DNA of 64,000 nt from contig OZ255842.1 in NCBI GenBank assembly GCA_965277805.1, positions 2,560,001-2,624,000 on the forward strand, in the 5' to 3' direction. The translations under genes and the position numbers were made by a program. The notes under the pieces are model-generated. The model saw only the letters and a list, made by a program, of their open reading frames with translations. It made no database searches and had not been told where the DNA came from. This DNA comes from Candidatus Lustribacter sp. GTDB lineage: Bacteria > Vulcanimicrobiota > Vulcanimicrobiia > Vulcanimicrobiales > Vulcanimicrobiaceae. Positions within the stretch are counted from its first letter, which is position 1; every line of letters begins with the position of its first letter. Of this stretch, positions 53,494 through 63,386 are shown in pieces.

Positions 53494-56400
53494 CTACGCG
53501 TGCGCCGGCTGGCTGGCGCCGGGCCGGCCGTGGCCGTTGGTTCCGGCATGACCGTTGCTGCCGCCCGTACCGGCCGGATCGTGAGCGTCGTCGGCGGCGT
53601 GGAATTTCTCCGGCGCCAGCAAGACGTACATCACCGGGACCAGGACCAGTGTCAGGATAAGCGAGCTCGTGATGCCGCCGATGACGACGATGCCCAGCGG
53701 CGCGCGGCTCTGCGAGCCCGGTTCGAGCGCGAGAGCGAGCGGTATGTTGCCCGCAATGACCGAGATGCTGGTCATGATGATCGGCCGGAAGCGCGTGAAC
53801 GCGCTGCCGCAGATGGCGGCGACTTTATTCTCACCGCGTTCGCGCAGCGTGTTCGCGTAATCGACCAAGAGAATGCCGTTCTTGGTCACGATACCGACCA
53901 GCAAGATCGTGCCGATCAGCGAGTACAGGTTCAGGGTCGAGTGGGTCATCCAGAGCGCCCCGAGCGCACCGACGGCTGCCACCGGTACCGAGAACATGAT
54001 GATGAACGGCGAGCGGTAGCTATTGTAGAGCGCGACCATCAGCAAGAAGACCAGCATGATCGAGAGCACGAGGCTCGTGCCCAAGCCGACGAGCGTCTGC
54101 GCCATGAAGTCTTGCTGACCGAGCGGCCGGGGACGCACAACGATGTTCTTCGGCAGCGGCGGATTCATCGCACGAACGCGGTTGAGGAACTCGTTCTGCA
54201 CGTTCGAGAGCGATGCGTCCGAGGTGATGTTCGCGCTGAGATGGATGACCGTGTTGCGGTCGGTACGGGTGATCAGCGGTGAGACCGGATCCGACTGGAA
54301 GTGCGAGAAGTCGCTGAGCCGTACGAGTTGCCCCGTTGCCGATCGAACCGGCACGTTCCCGAGCTCGGCCAAATTCGTCTTGAGCTGGTTCGGATAGATG
54401 ACCTGAACTTGTTCGAGGCCATCGGGCGTTTCGAACTGCGTTGCCACGGCGCCGCCGAAGGCCGCACGGGCGGCGGTGGCCGCCGTGCCGATGCTCACGT
54501 TGAGCGCCTGCGCTTTGGCGCGATCGAAAATCACGTCCATTTGCGGTTCGAGCGCTTGCGAGGAACTGATCACGTTGCGCGCGCCGGGCGTGGCTTCGAG
54601 AATCTTTTGGATCTTGATGGCCGCGTCGGTCGGATCGCCGCCGGCGACGTCGGTGACGAGTTCGTCGAGCGGTTGCGTGTTACCGCCGGCCACGCCGGTC
54701 GACGGTACGACGATCGGGTCGATGTTCGGAACGACTTCCTTTGCCTCGCGCCTGAATTCGGCGACCCAATAGTCGGTCGACTTCACGCGGTCGGGTTTGA
54801 GCCAGATGTGGATCTGGCCGGAGTTCCCCTGAATGACGACGCCGCCGAACGGCGCCGCGTAAGCGCCCGCAACGGCCGTATCGTCATCGATGTCCGGGCT
54901 GGAGCGAACGCGCCGCTCGACCGCCAACACCGATTGCCGGGTGTACGCGATCGGGGTTCCGACCGGGAAGTTCAACTGAATGAAGAGCTCGCCGCGATCG
55001 ACCGGCGGGATGAATTCCTCACCGACGATGCCCAGCGGCACGAGCGCCAGTGCGCCGACGAACGACACGACGCAAACGCCGATGACGAGAACTTTGTGCC
55101 GTAAGCCCCACGGCAGAACGCGGTTCGCGTACCAATCGCGGACGTTGTCGAAGCCGACGCTAAACTTCTTGATGATCCACCAGGGTTTCCAGGTGGAGCG
55201 CAGCGCCCAGTTGCCGGCCAGCGACGGCGTGATCGTGAAGCACACGAACAGCGACGTGAGCGTCGCGATGACGACGACGATCGCGAACTCCGCGAGTTGA
55301 TGACCGATCTGGCTCTGGATGAACGAGATCGGCAAGAAGACGACGACGTCCACGAGCGTGATGACGATGGCTGCGACGCCGATTTCCGTACGGCCGGTGA
55401 TGGCGGCCTTCATGGGCGGTTCGCCCATCTCGTTATGCCGCCCGATATTCTCCAAAACGACGGTCGAGTCGTCGACGAGAATGCCGACGACGATCGTCAT
55501 GCCGAGCAGCGAGATCGTATCGAGCGTCAGGCCCAGCATCTTCATGACGAAGAGCGCCACACCGAGCGAGGCCGGGATCGCGATCAGCACGACGATGGCG
55601 TTGCGCCACGAGTGCAGGAAGAACAGCATCACGATGCCGGTAAGCACGACGCCTTCGAGCAGCGTGCGCATCACGCTGTCGAGTTGCTGTTCGGTGTACT
55701 TCGACTGGACGTTGATGACGTTGAAATTGATGTCGGGGAACTGCGTACGCACGCGCGGCAAGGCAGCCAGCACGTTGTCCGATGCATCGACTTCCGAAGC
55801 GTCGGAGGTCTTCTGAATCTGGAGGAACATACCGTTGATGCCGTTGACCGAACCATACTGGCGGCGCGGCTCGTAGCTCGCCGACACCGTTGCGACATCG
55901 GAGAGGCGCAGCACGGCACTGGCCGACGTCCAAGGATTGGGAGCGCCGACGGTGCCGTTGATCGGGCCGACGATGCCGGTGGTGGTCGGGGTGCCGCTCG
56001 ACGGGACCGAAATCGGCAAGCCGAGGATCGACGAGGGATCCATGATGTCGCCGCGGATGTCGACGTTCGTCTCGCGGTCTTCGGCTGAGACGATGCCACC
56101 CGGCGCGCGCACGTTGCTGGCGCTGACCGTGTTGACGACGTCGGTCAGCGTGAGGTGGTAGGCCTCGAGCCGGCGCGGATCGACGGTGACTTCATAGGCG
56201 GCCGTGACGCTGCCGTTCGGGGTGACGAACGAAACGCCCGGAATTTGCTGGAAGAACGGTTCGACGCGGCCGACTGCTTTGAGGCCGAGTTCGCTCGCCG
56301 TCAGCGACGACGACGTGAGCGAGAGCGTGACGACGATCGACTCACTGGGGTCGCGCACGTTGATCGACGGCGCCGTGAGATCGCTCGGTAGCGCTTTGCT

Positions 56401-56745
56401 GGCCTGCTGAATCGCCTTCTGGATGTTGACCAGGTCGGTGTTGACGTTCGAATTGATCGTGAAGATCGATGAGACCGTGGCCTGGCCGCCCTGAATCGTC
56501 GAGTTGAGCGTCTGCAGGTTGGGCGCACCGGCGATTTGATCTTCGATCGGCCGCACGATCGAGTCGCGCATGACCGTCGGGGATGCGCCGTTATAGTTGA
56601 CGGTGACGGTGACGGTGGGCTGCGAGACGTTCGGCGAGTACTGGCGGACGAGCGTTGACCACGCGATCGAGCCCGCCACCGCGATGAGTGCCAGCAGCAC
56701 GAAGACCAGCGTCGGACGCCGGACGAAGAGGCCCGTCAACCACAT
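53494..56745 (-). CDS. RND-family efflux permease (AcrB/HAE1-like)
   Basis: GILVDDSTVVLENI, GIVTKNGILLVDY, RFRPIIMT; 1083 aa. Confidence 0.95.
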   Translation of the reverse strand: MWLTGLFVRRPTLVFVLLALIAVAGSIAWSTLVRQYSPNVSQPTVTVTVNYNGASPTVMRDSIVRPIEDQIAGAPNLQTLNSTIQGGQATVSSIFTINSNVNTDLVNIQKAIQQASKALPSDLTAPSINVRDPSESIVVTLSLTSSSLTASELGLKAVGRVEPFFQQIPGVSFVTPNGSVTAAYEVTVDPRRLEAYHLTLTDVVNTVSASNVRAPGGIVSAEDRETNVDIRGDIMDPSSILGLPISVPSSGTPTTTGIVGPINGTVGAPNPWTSASAVLRLSDVATVSASYEPRRQYGSVNGINGMFLQIQKTSDASEVDASDNVLAALPRVRTQFPDINFNVINVQSKYTEQQLDSVMRTLLEGVVLTGIVMLFFLHSWRNAIVVLIAIPASLGVALFVMKMLGLTLDTISLLGMTIVVGILVDDSTVVLENIGRHNEMGEPPMKAAITGRTEIGVAAIVITLVDVVVFLPISFIQSQIGHQLAEFAIVVVIATLTSLFVCFTITPSLAGNWALRSTWKPWWIIKKFSVGFDNVRDWYANRVLPWGLRHKVLVIGVCVVSFVGALALVPLGIVGEEFIPPVDRGELFIQLNFPVGTPIAYTRQSVLAVERRVRSSPDIDDDTAVAGAYAAPFGGVVIQGNSGQIHIWLKPDRVKSTDYWVAEFRREAKEVVPNIDPIVVPSTGVAGGNTQPLDELVTDVAGGDPTDAAIKIQKILEATPGARNVISSSQALEPQMDVIFDRAKAQALNVSIGTAATAARAAFGGAVATQFETPDGLEQVQVIYPNQLKTNLAELGNVPVRSATGQLVRLSDFSHFQSDPVSPLITRTDRNTVIHLSANITSDASLSNVQNEFLNRVRAMNPPLPKNIVVRPRPLGQQDFMAQTLVGLGTSLVLSIMLVFLLMVALYNSYRSPFIIMFSVPVAAVGALGALWMTHSTLNLYSLIGTILLVGIVTKNGILLVDYANTLRERGENKVAAICGSAFTRFRPIIMTSISVIAGNIPLALALEPGSQSRAPLGIVVIGGITSSLILTLVLVPVMYVLLAPEKFHAADDAHDPAGTGGSNGHAGTNGHGRPGASQPAHA

Positions 56746-56748
56746 ATG

Positions 56749-58098
56749 TTAGCGCTCCGCTACGGTGCGGCGCCTGCGTCCGCCGCCGGGAGTGGCCGGC
56801 TCGGCAGGCTGACCATCACTCAGCCCGAGTTGGCCGTTGATCACGATTTGTTCGCCAGGATGCACACCCTGGACGATCGCATTCTTGTTGTCTTCCGCGA
56901 CCATCGTGACGGGGATCGTCTTGATCACGCCGAGCGGCGGGCCGCCCTGCGGGTCGGGCCGCTTCACGATCGTCTGCACGGTCGTCTGCGTGTCGTCGGT
57001 AAAAGACGTGCGCGGAATGCTGATGCCGCTCGTCATCGGCTGCTGAACTTGTCCGGTGACGACCATGCCGGAGTGAAACTGATTGCCGGGATTCGGCAGC
57101 ACGGCCTTGATGACGAAATTGGTCGAGCCCGGCGTGAGCTGATCGAGCACGGCGGAAACGCGGGCCGTGCCGTGCAGCGTCGCGTGATCGCTCGAGACCA
57201 CCTTGACCGGCGAACCGGTTTGCACGCCGACGATCTGACCGCCGGAACCGTTGAGCACCGCGTACACCTTGTCGGTTTCTTGCAGCGTGAAGATCTGGCG
57301 CGTGCCGGGATACTCGCCCGGGTTGATGTTGCGGTTCACGACCACGCCGTCGATCGGCGAAACGATTGCGGCTTTCGCAATCTGCACGCGCAACTGGTTG
57401 GCGGCGCCCATCGCGGTCTGTTCGGCCGCCCGCACGGATTCGATCGTCTCACCTTGTAACCCGGACGACGTCGTGCCGTTGGCCTGAACTTGCTGGATCG
57501 TGTTCTGCAGGTTGACCTGGGCCGAACGCACGGCTTGCGTGTCGTTCATGACCACCGTGTTCTGCTGATCGTAGGTCGACTGCGCGACGTAGCCGGACTT
57601 TAGCAATTGCGCGTCGCGGCTCAACGTAATCTTGTCGTTGGTCAGCGTCTGCTGCGCCTGACGGACGGTAGCTTGCGCCGAATTGATCGAGTTGTTGTTT
57701 TGTACGATCGTGAGACCCGACTGCATGTACGTCTGCTTCGTCTTAGCCTGATCGCTCTGCACGGTACCGAGCGCCGACTGCAATTGGGCGGCGAGATCCT
57801 GGGTGTCGAGTTGTGCGAGCAACTGACCCTTGGAGACGTGCTGCCCCTCTTGGACCAGCACGGTGTCGGCCGGTTCAACGAGGGTCGAGGTGATTTGTAC
57901 GTTTTGGAACGGCACGATCAGACCGCCGAGTGTGCTCTTCGGGACCACCGATCCGGGGACCGCAGCCACAACCGGGATCTGCGCCGTCGCGACTCTCCGG
58001 GGCTGCTGCGCATGACTGCACCCTGCGAAAAACAGGGCGGCGGCCAGCGCTACAACGACCGTCCTTAAAGGGCGGCTATTATCGCACATATCCAGCAT
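56749..58098 (-). CDS. RND periplasmic adaptor subunit (lipoprotein)
   Basis: FFAGC lipobox; VQEGQHVSKGQLLAQLD; SPIDGVV. Confidence 0.9.
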   Translation of the reverse strand: MLDMCDNSRPLRTVVVALAAALFFAGCSHAQQPRRVATAQIPVVAAVPGSVVPKSTLGGLIVPFQNVQITSTLVEPADTVLVQEGQHVSKGQLLAQLDTQDLAAQLQSALGTVQSDQAKTKQTYMQSGLTIVQNNNSINSAQATVRQAQQTLTNDKITLSRDAQLLKSGYVAQSTYDQQNTVVMNDTQAVRSAQVNLQNTIQQVQANGTTSSGLQGETIESVRAAEQTAMGAANQLRVQIAKAAIVSPIDGVVVNRNINPGEYPGTRQIFTLQETDKVYAVLNGSGGQIVGVQTGSPVKVVSSDHATLHGTARVSAVLDQLTPGSTNFVIKAVLPNPGNQFHSGMVVTGQVQQPMTSGISIPRTSFTDDTQTTVQTIVKRPDPQGGPPLGVIKTIPVTMVAEDNKNAIVQGVHPGEQIVINGQLGLSDGQPAEPATPGGGRRRRTVAER

Positions 58099-58337
58099 TG
58101 TACGCGTATTCCTATCGAGCGCTATCGCCAATTTCCCAGGAAAGTTCCCGCGGCGTCCCGCCCCCACTACGCCCTCCTGTTAAAATGTCCCGTTCAGTGG
58201 GATCGGCCTTGCAAAAAACTTACAGGCGGAGCCGGCATCGCCTAGGCCCCGCTTGCTATCCTTAATAGAAGCCGAATACGACCCGAGCAACAGGGGCAGG
58301 ACGGTCTCGCGGGTCGTTGAACCGATGCGGGTCGTGG

Positions 58338-58413
58338 TCCCGAATAGCTCAGTTGGTAGAGCAGCTGACTGTTAATCAGCGGGTCGTTGGTTCGAGTCCA
58401 ACTTCGGGAGCCA
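58338..58413 (+). tRNA. tRNA-Asn(GTT)
   Basis: TCCCGAA/TTCGGGA acceptor stem, TAGCTCAGTTGGTAGAGC D-arm, CTGTTAA anticodon loop, GTTCGAGTC T-arm, encoded CCA; 76 nt. Confidence 0.98.
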
Positions 58414-58420
58414 GTTCGAC

Positions 58421-58458
58421 GAGGGGGTCCGGCAAAAGCTGGGTCCCCTCTCTCTTTT
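58421..58458 (+). terminator. Intrinsic terminator after the tRNA
   Basis: GAGGGGGTCCGGC-AAAA-GCTGGGTCCCCTC stem with G-U pairs, followed by TCTCTTTT. Confidence 0.7.
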
Positions 58459-58537
58459 CCGGCATCCGAACGCTCGCAGCAAGGGCGCTCGGGTTTATGC
58501 TGTGGGAGTTAGCGAATCGTTTGGGGGAGCTGCTGCA

Positions 58538-58729
58538 ATGTTAAAGGCCGGCGATCATGTCTATATTGACGGGACCCGCGAAGAGGGCACGGTCAAAGAA
58601 GTTCATCCGCACGAGGTCGTCGTGCGCGTCAAGGCCGACGGCGGCGGGCACCAAGACAAGAAGTTTGCGCACGAAGATCTTCGCCTCGACCCGACGATGA
58701 ACGAGGCGAGCAAGTTCGTCGACCACTAG
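58538..58729 (+). CDS. Small hypothetical protein, SH3/KOW-like
   Basis: GGGGAG RBS; MLKAGDHVYI...EGTVKEV...VVVRV. Confidence 0.65.
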   Translation: MLKAGDHVYIDGTREEGTVKEVHPHEVVVRVKADGGGHQDKKFAHEDLRLDPTMNEASKFVDH

Positions 58730-60125
58730 TCAGAGCGACATGATCACGGATTTTACTTCCGTGTAGAGATCGAGCACTTCTTTGCCCTTTTCGCGGCCCC
58801 AGCCGGACTGCTTGAACCCGCCGAACGGCAGTGCCGGATCGACGCCGCCGTGCGTATTTACGCCGACCGTCCCCGAGCGAATGCGCCGCACCATCTTGTG
58901 TGCGGTGCTCAGGTCGCGCGTCCACACGCTGCCGGAGAGACCGTAGATCGTGTCGTTGGCTTCATCGGCGATGCGATCGAGATCGTCGTCGTTGAAGCTC
59001 ATCGCGCACAACACCGGCCCGAAGATCTCTTCACGAAACACCGACATATCGGTCTTGACGCCGGTGAGCACCGTCGGCGCAACGAAGTAGCCCTCATCGC
59101 CGACGCGTCGGCCGCCGGTGACGACCGTGACGCCGTCGGCGCGGCCTTGGTCGAGATAGCCCGTCACGCGATCGAACTGGTCTTGCGAAACGAGCGGGCC
59201 CATCTGCGAGCCTTCGGTCAGCCCGTGACCGACTTGAATCTTGCCGGCTTCGGCTGCGATGCCCTCGACGATGCGATCGAAGATTTTCTCGTGCGCGAAC
59301 AAGCGCGAACCCGCGGCGCATACTTGACCCGCGTTGTTGAAGATCGCGCGGGCCGCACCCGGGACGGCGACCGAGAGATCGGCATCGGGGAACACGATCA
59401 CGGGCGACTTGCCGCCGAGTTCGAGCGAGACTTTCTTGAAGTTGCCCGCGGCGGCTTGGATGATCAGCCGGCCGGTTTCGCCCGATCCGGTGAACGCGAC
59501 CTTATCGACGCCGCGATGCGCTGCGAGCGCGGCGCCGGCCGTTTCACCGAACCCGGGAACGATGTTGACGACGCCGTCGGGGATGCCGGCTTCGGCGAGT
59601 AACTCACCGAGCCGCAACGCGGTCAACGGCGTTTGCTCCGCCGGTTTCAAGACGACCGTGCAACCGGTGGCGAGCGCAGGCGCGAGTTTCCAAGCGCACA
59701 TCATGAGCGGCGCGTTCCACGGGATGATCTGTCCGACGACGCCGATCGGTTCGCGCACGGTGAACGCGTGAAACGTGCCCGGCGACGAGAGCGTGATCGT
59801 CTCGCCAGTGATTTTCGTCGCCCAGCCCGCGGTGTAGCGCAGGACGTCGGCGCTCGACTTTACCTCGAGCCGCGCCGAGGCAACGGGTTTCCCGTTGTTG
59901 AGCGATTCGAGTTGCGCGAGTTCTTCGGAGTGCTGCTCCAAGAGATCGGCGAGCTTCCAAATCATCTTGGTGCGATCGGCGGGCGTGACGCGGCTGATCG
60001 TATGTCTGAAACGTCTTACCGGACTGCGCGTCGACCCATTTGCCGTCGATGAGCAGCTGGTGCTTGCGCTGCAGAAAAGCCGTTGCGGCCGCGCCTACGC
60101 GCGGATCCAAGGTAATCGTCGTCAT
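58730..60125 (-). pseudogene. Aldehyde dehydrogenase with internal deletion and frameshift near 59995
   Basis: N-terminus (LLIDGKWVDAQSGKTF) is out of frame with the body (IIPWN, LELGGKSP, GQVCAAG, EEIFGPV, PFGGFKQSG). Confidence 0.85.
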
Positions 60126-60298
60126 GCGCGTTTTTTTCCTCAGGCTCTTATCAAATGAGTACGGTGGGGCTCTTCCGAAAGCATGTACTCAGCCTCCTCC
60201 AGCGACGAAGCGAAACGTCCGCTCGCTTTTCTCCGCGCTCAGACCCCACTTAGCTTCGCGGATTACGGTGTATCTAGTTTGCCCGGCTTTTACGGAGC

Positions 60299-61381
60299 GT
60301 GGTCATTTTGCGTTCGTCTTTTCCCAGCCCATCACCGCAGCTGCTGGCGCTGACAACCGCGCTTCCCAGTAACGTTATCGAGCAGAGCAAAGCGGCTGAG
60401 ATGGCGCGCGCATTCTTCGGCGATCGCATGCCCCGCTACGACGCGCTCTCGCGGGTGTTCGCATCGACCGGCATCGAGCGCCGGTACTCCGTCATGCCGC
60501 TGGCTTGGTTCGGCCAGAGTCACGATTGGCCGGACCGCACCGCCTGCTACATCGACGGCGCGAGCCGGCTCTTCGAAGACGTCGTTCGCAAGGCGCTCGA
60601 TGCCGCGCAGCTCGATGCAAGCGAAATCGATGCGGTACTGACGGTCTCATCGACCGGCGTCGCAACACCGAGCCTCGAGGCGCGCGTACTGCCGGGCCTC
60701 GGCTTCCGGTCCGACGTTCGCCGGATTCCCATCTTCGGTTTGGGCTGCGCCGGCGGCGTGGCGGGGTTTGCCAATGCATCGCGCATTGCGGCGAGCGAAC
60801 CCGGCACCACCGTGTTGCTCGTGACGATCGAACTCTGCACGCTGGCGTTTCGCCTCGACCGGGCGGAAAAGGCGGATATCGTTTCCGCAGCTCTGTTCGG
60901 CGATGGCGCGGCCGCAGCAATCTTTCGCAGCGGCGACGGCCCGGCCATCGGACGCGTCGGCGGCGCGACCGAGCATCTGTGGGAAAATACGCTCGACATC
61001 ATGGGCTGGTCCACCGACCCGGCCGGGCTCGGCGTGATTCTCTCGCGCTCGTTGCCCGATTTCGTCGCGCAGAACTATCGGCTCGAGTACGATCGCGGCA
61101 TGCACCGCCTCGACCTCGCGCCGGCCGATATCGCGCGCGTCGTTTGTCACCCCGGCGGAACGAAGGTGCTCGAAGCGATCGAATCCTCGCTCGATCTCCC
61201 GGCGGGAACGTTCGATCTCGAGCGCTCCGTGATGCGGGACTTCGGCAACATGTCGTCACCGACCGTGCTCTTCGTGCTCGAACGCCTGCTGACGGAGGGA
61301 TTCGAAGGAACGGCCGTGCTGGCGGCCCTCGGCCCCGGTTTCACTGCATCGTTCGCGACACTGAACGTCGGCGATGTCTAA
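60299..61381 (+). CDS. Type III polyketide synthase
   Basis: Catalytic triad motifs GLGCAGG, HPGG, GNMSS; ALFGDGAAA; GPGF. Confidence 0.95.
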   Translation: MVILRSSFPSPSPQLLALTTALPSNVIEQSKAAEMARAFFGDRMPRYDALSRVFASTGIERRYSVMPLAWFGQSHDWPDRTACYIDGASRLFEDVVRKALDAAQLDASEIDAVLTVSSTGVATPSLEARVLPGLGFRSDVRRIPIFGLGCAGGVAGFANASRIAASEPGTTVLLVTIELCTLAFRLDRAEKADIVSAALFGDGAAAAIFRSGDGPAIGRVGGATEHLWENTLDIMGWSTDPAGLGVILSRSLPDFVAQNYRLEYDRGMHRLDLAPADIARVVCHPGGTKVLEAIESSLDLPAGTFDLERSVMRDFGNMSSPTVLFVLERLLTEGFEGTAVLAALGPGFTASFATLNVGDV

Positions 61382-61895
61382 CGGCCTGCTGCTTCTCGTT
61401 TACGTAACGCTCCAGCGCCTCGTCGAACTCGTGATAGCGCAGCGCAACACGCGCAGACTGCTCGCGAGCGGCGCCTACGAAGCCGGCGCCGGACACTACC
61501 CCATCATGATCGCGCTCCACGCGACGTGGCTGCTGACCCTGTGGATCTTCGGCTGGAACCGGACGCTGGTGCCGGTATTCGTCGCGTTCTTCATCGTCTT
61601 GCAATTCGGCCGATATTGGGTGCTGCGAACGCTCGGCGCGCGCTGGACGACGCGCATCATCATCACGCCCTGGGCCGCACCCGTGACGTCAGGCCCGTTT
61701 CGCTTCGTGCGGCACCCGAATTATCTCGTCGTCGCGTTCGAGCTGCCGTGCGTCTCGCTGGCGCTCGGTCTCGTTTGGCACGCGCTGGTTTTCGGCGTGC
61801 TCAACCTCATGATGATCGCATGGCGCATCCGGTCCGAGAACGCTGCGTTCGACGTGCTCGGGACAAAAGCCGACGCCGAACACGCGCGCCAGTAG
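61374..61895 (+). CDS. Isoprenylcysteine carboxyl methyltransferase family (BpsB/SrsB-like)
   Basis: QRLVEL..A.RN, LG.RWTTRII, GPFRFVRHPNY, RIRSE. Confidence 0.92.
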   Translation: MSNGLLLLVYVTLQRLVELVIAQRNTRRLLASGAYEAGAGHYPIMIALHATWLLTLWIFGWNRTLVPVFVAFFIVLQFGRYWVLRTLGARWTTRIIITPWAAPVTSGPFRFVRHPNYLVVAFELPCVSLALGLVWHALVFGVLNLMMIAWRIRSENAAFDVLGTKADAEHARQ

Positions 61896-63056
61896 CAACG
61901 GAAAGACCGGGATCGCGGCCAGCACGCGAACGAGCCAGTGCGCGTCGGAGAACGTTCCCTCAGCCGCCAGGACGCGATCGAAGATCAACCGCTGCAGCAT
62001 CGCCTGCATGCCTTGCGTCAAGCGCGCCGGACGCTCGCGCCGGGCTTGCACGCCCGCGAGATCCCGCTCCGAAACAACGCCACGACGTAGCGGCTTCGCT
62101 AGACGGTTGGCGGTGGCAACCGCATCCTGAATCGCAAGATTGACACCGACCCCGCCGACCGGCGAGGTCGCATGCGCCGCATCCCCGATGCACAGCAATC
62201 CGGGACGGTGCCACCGGCGCAGACGGTCGACCTTGACCGCAAGCACTTTGATGTCGTCCCAGCTCTGCAGTTCGCCGGCCCGGTCCGCGAACACCGGCAT
62301 CAATGCCGACACCCGTTCGCGCAGCAGCGCGAGGCCGGCCGCGCGAACCGCATCGTAGGTTCCTTTCCGGATGATGTAGCCGCACTGGTAGTACGTGCCG
62401 CAGTTGATCGCGACGAGGATGCGCCCGGCGTCAACGTAGCCGAGCAGAACCGCCGGATCGGCCGGATTGCGCGAGATGCGAAACCACAGGACATCGAGCG
62501 GCGCGCCCAATTCGACCGGCTGCAATTCCGAACGGCTGCGCATCGCCGAATGGCGCCCGTCGGCCGCAACGACCAGATCGGCGCCGATCGTCAGCGAGCC
62601 GTGCGGCGTCTGCGCACGAACTCCGGTCACGCGCGTTCCCGTCTCGACCAGGTCCGTCGCTTCGGCATTCATCTCGAGCCGAAACGCCGGCAGCGCGCGA
62701 GCGCGCTCCGCGAGAAAATTTAGGAAGTCCCATTGCGGCATGATGGCGATGAACTTGCACCGGCCCGGCACGTTGCGGAAATCGGCCGCGCGCATGAGCC
62801 GCGGTCCGACCATGCCGTGAAACGCGCGCAACTCCGCGTGCGGAAGCTGTAAGAAGTCGTCGAGGAGGCCGAGTTCGTCAAGCACCTGTAACGTCGACGG
62901 GTGCACCGTGTCGCCGCGAAAGTCGCGATGGAAATCCGCGTGCTTCTCGAGCACGACGACGTCAACGCCGGCACGGGCCAGCAGATAACCGAGCATGAGC
63001 CCGGCGGGGCCGCCGCCGACGATGCAACAGTCCGTCTCTCTACGCGCAGAACTCAT
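61689..63056 (-). CDS. FAD-dependent monooxygenase/oxidoreductase
   Basis: GGGPAG, RDFRGDTVHP, AADGRHS, IGDAAHATSPVGGVGVNLAIQDA. Confidence 0.92.
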   Translation of the reverse strand: MSSARRETDCCIVGGGPAGLMLGYLLARAGVDVVVLEKHADFHRDFRGDTVHPSTLQVLDELGLLDDFLQLPHAELRAFHGMVGPRLMRAADFRNVPGRCKFIAIMPQWDFLNFLAERARALPAFRLEMNAEATDLVETGTRVTGVRAQTPHGSLTIGADLVVAADGRHSAMRSRSELQPVELGAPLDVLWFRISRNPADPAVLLGYVDAGRILVAINCGTYYQCGYIIRKGTYDAVRAAGLALLRERVSALMPVFADRAGELQSWDDIKVLAVKVDRLRRWHRPGLLCIGDAAHATSPVGGVGVNLAIQDAVATANRLAKPLRRGVVSERDLAGVQARRERPARLTQGMQAMLQRLIFDRVLAAEGTFSDAHWLVRVLAAIPVFPLLLARVFGVGFCPEHVERSVLGPDAPCDHHEVEHAENQRVPNETERQRDARQLERDDEIIRVPHEAKRA

Positions 63057-63094
63057 GACGCAGCGGCCGGTCTCCTCGCGCTAGTATCGCTGGC

Positions 63095-63313
63095 TTACTG
63101 CATCGGCGGAATATCGGGCGTCGCTTGCGGCGTGCACTGGGGATGACCGCACTCGCACGCAACGTGCCGGTCTAGGCGAGCCAACTCCTCGCACCGCTTG
63201 CTGCAATATTCGGCGTTGGGATCGATCGGGCGCGTGCCCGCAGCAAGAACCTTTGAAGAGTATGGTCGTGTACAGAGACACGCGAGATATCCGCACGGTG
63301 CCGAATCACTCAT
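63095..63313 (-). CDS. Small Cys/His-rich metallothionein-like protein
   Basis: C-x4-C-x-C ... YCS-x2-C ... C-x-CGH-x2-C. Confidence 0.6.
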   Translation of the reverse strand: MSDSAPCGYLACLCTRPYSSKVLAAGTRPIDPNAEYCSKRCEELARLDRHVACECGHPQCTPQATPDIPPMQ

Positions 63314-63386
63314 TATAGCGTGTTTCTTGCCCACATTTGGAGCCAGGCAATACTTGGCTCGCTAGCGTACACGAAGTCGCCGGCGC

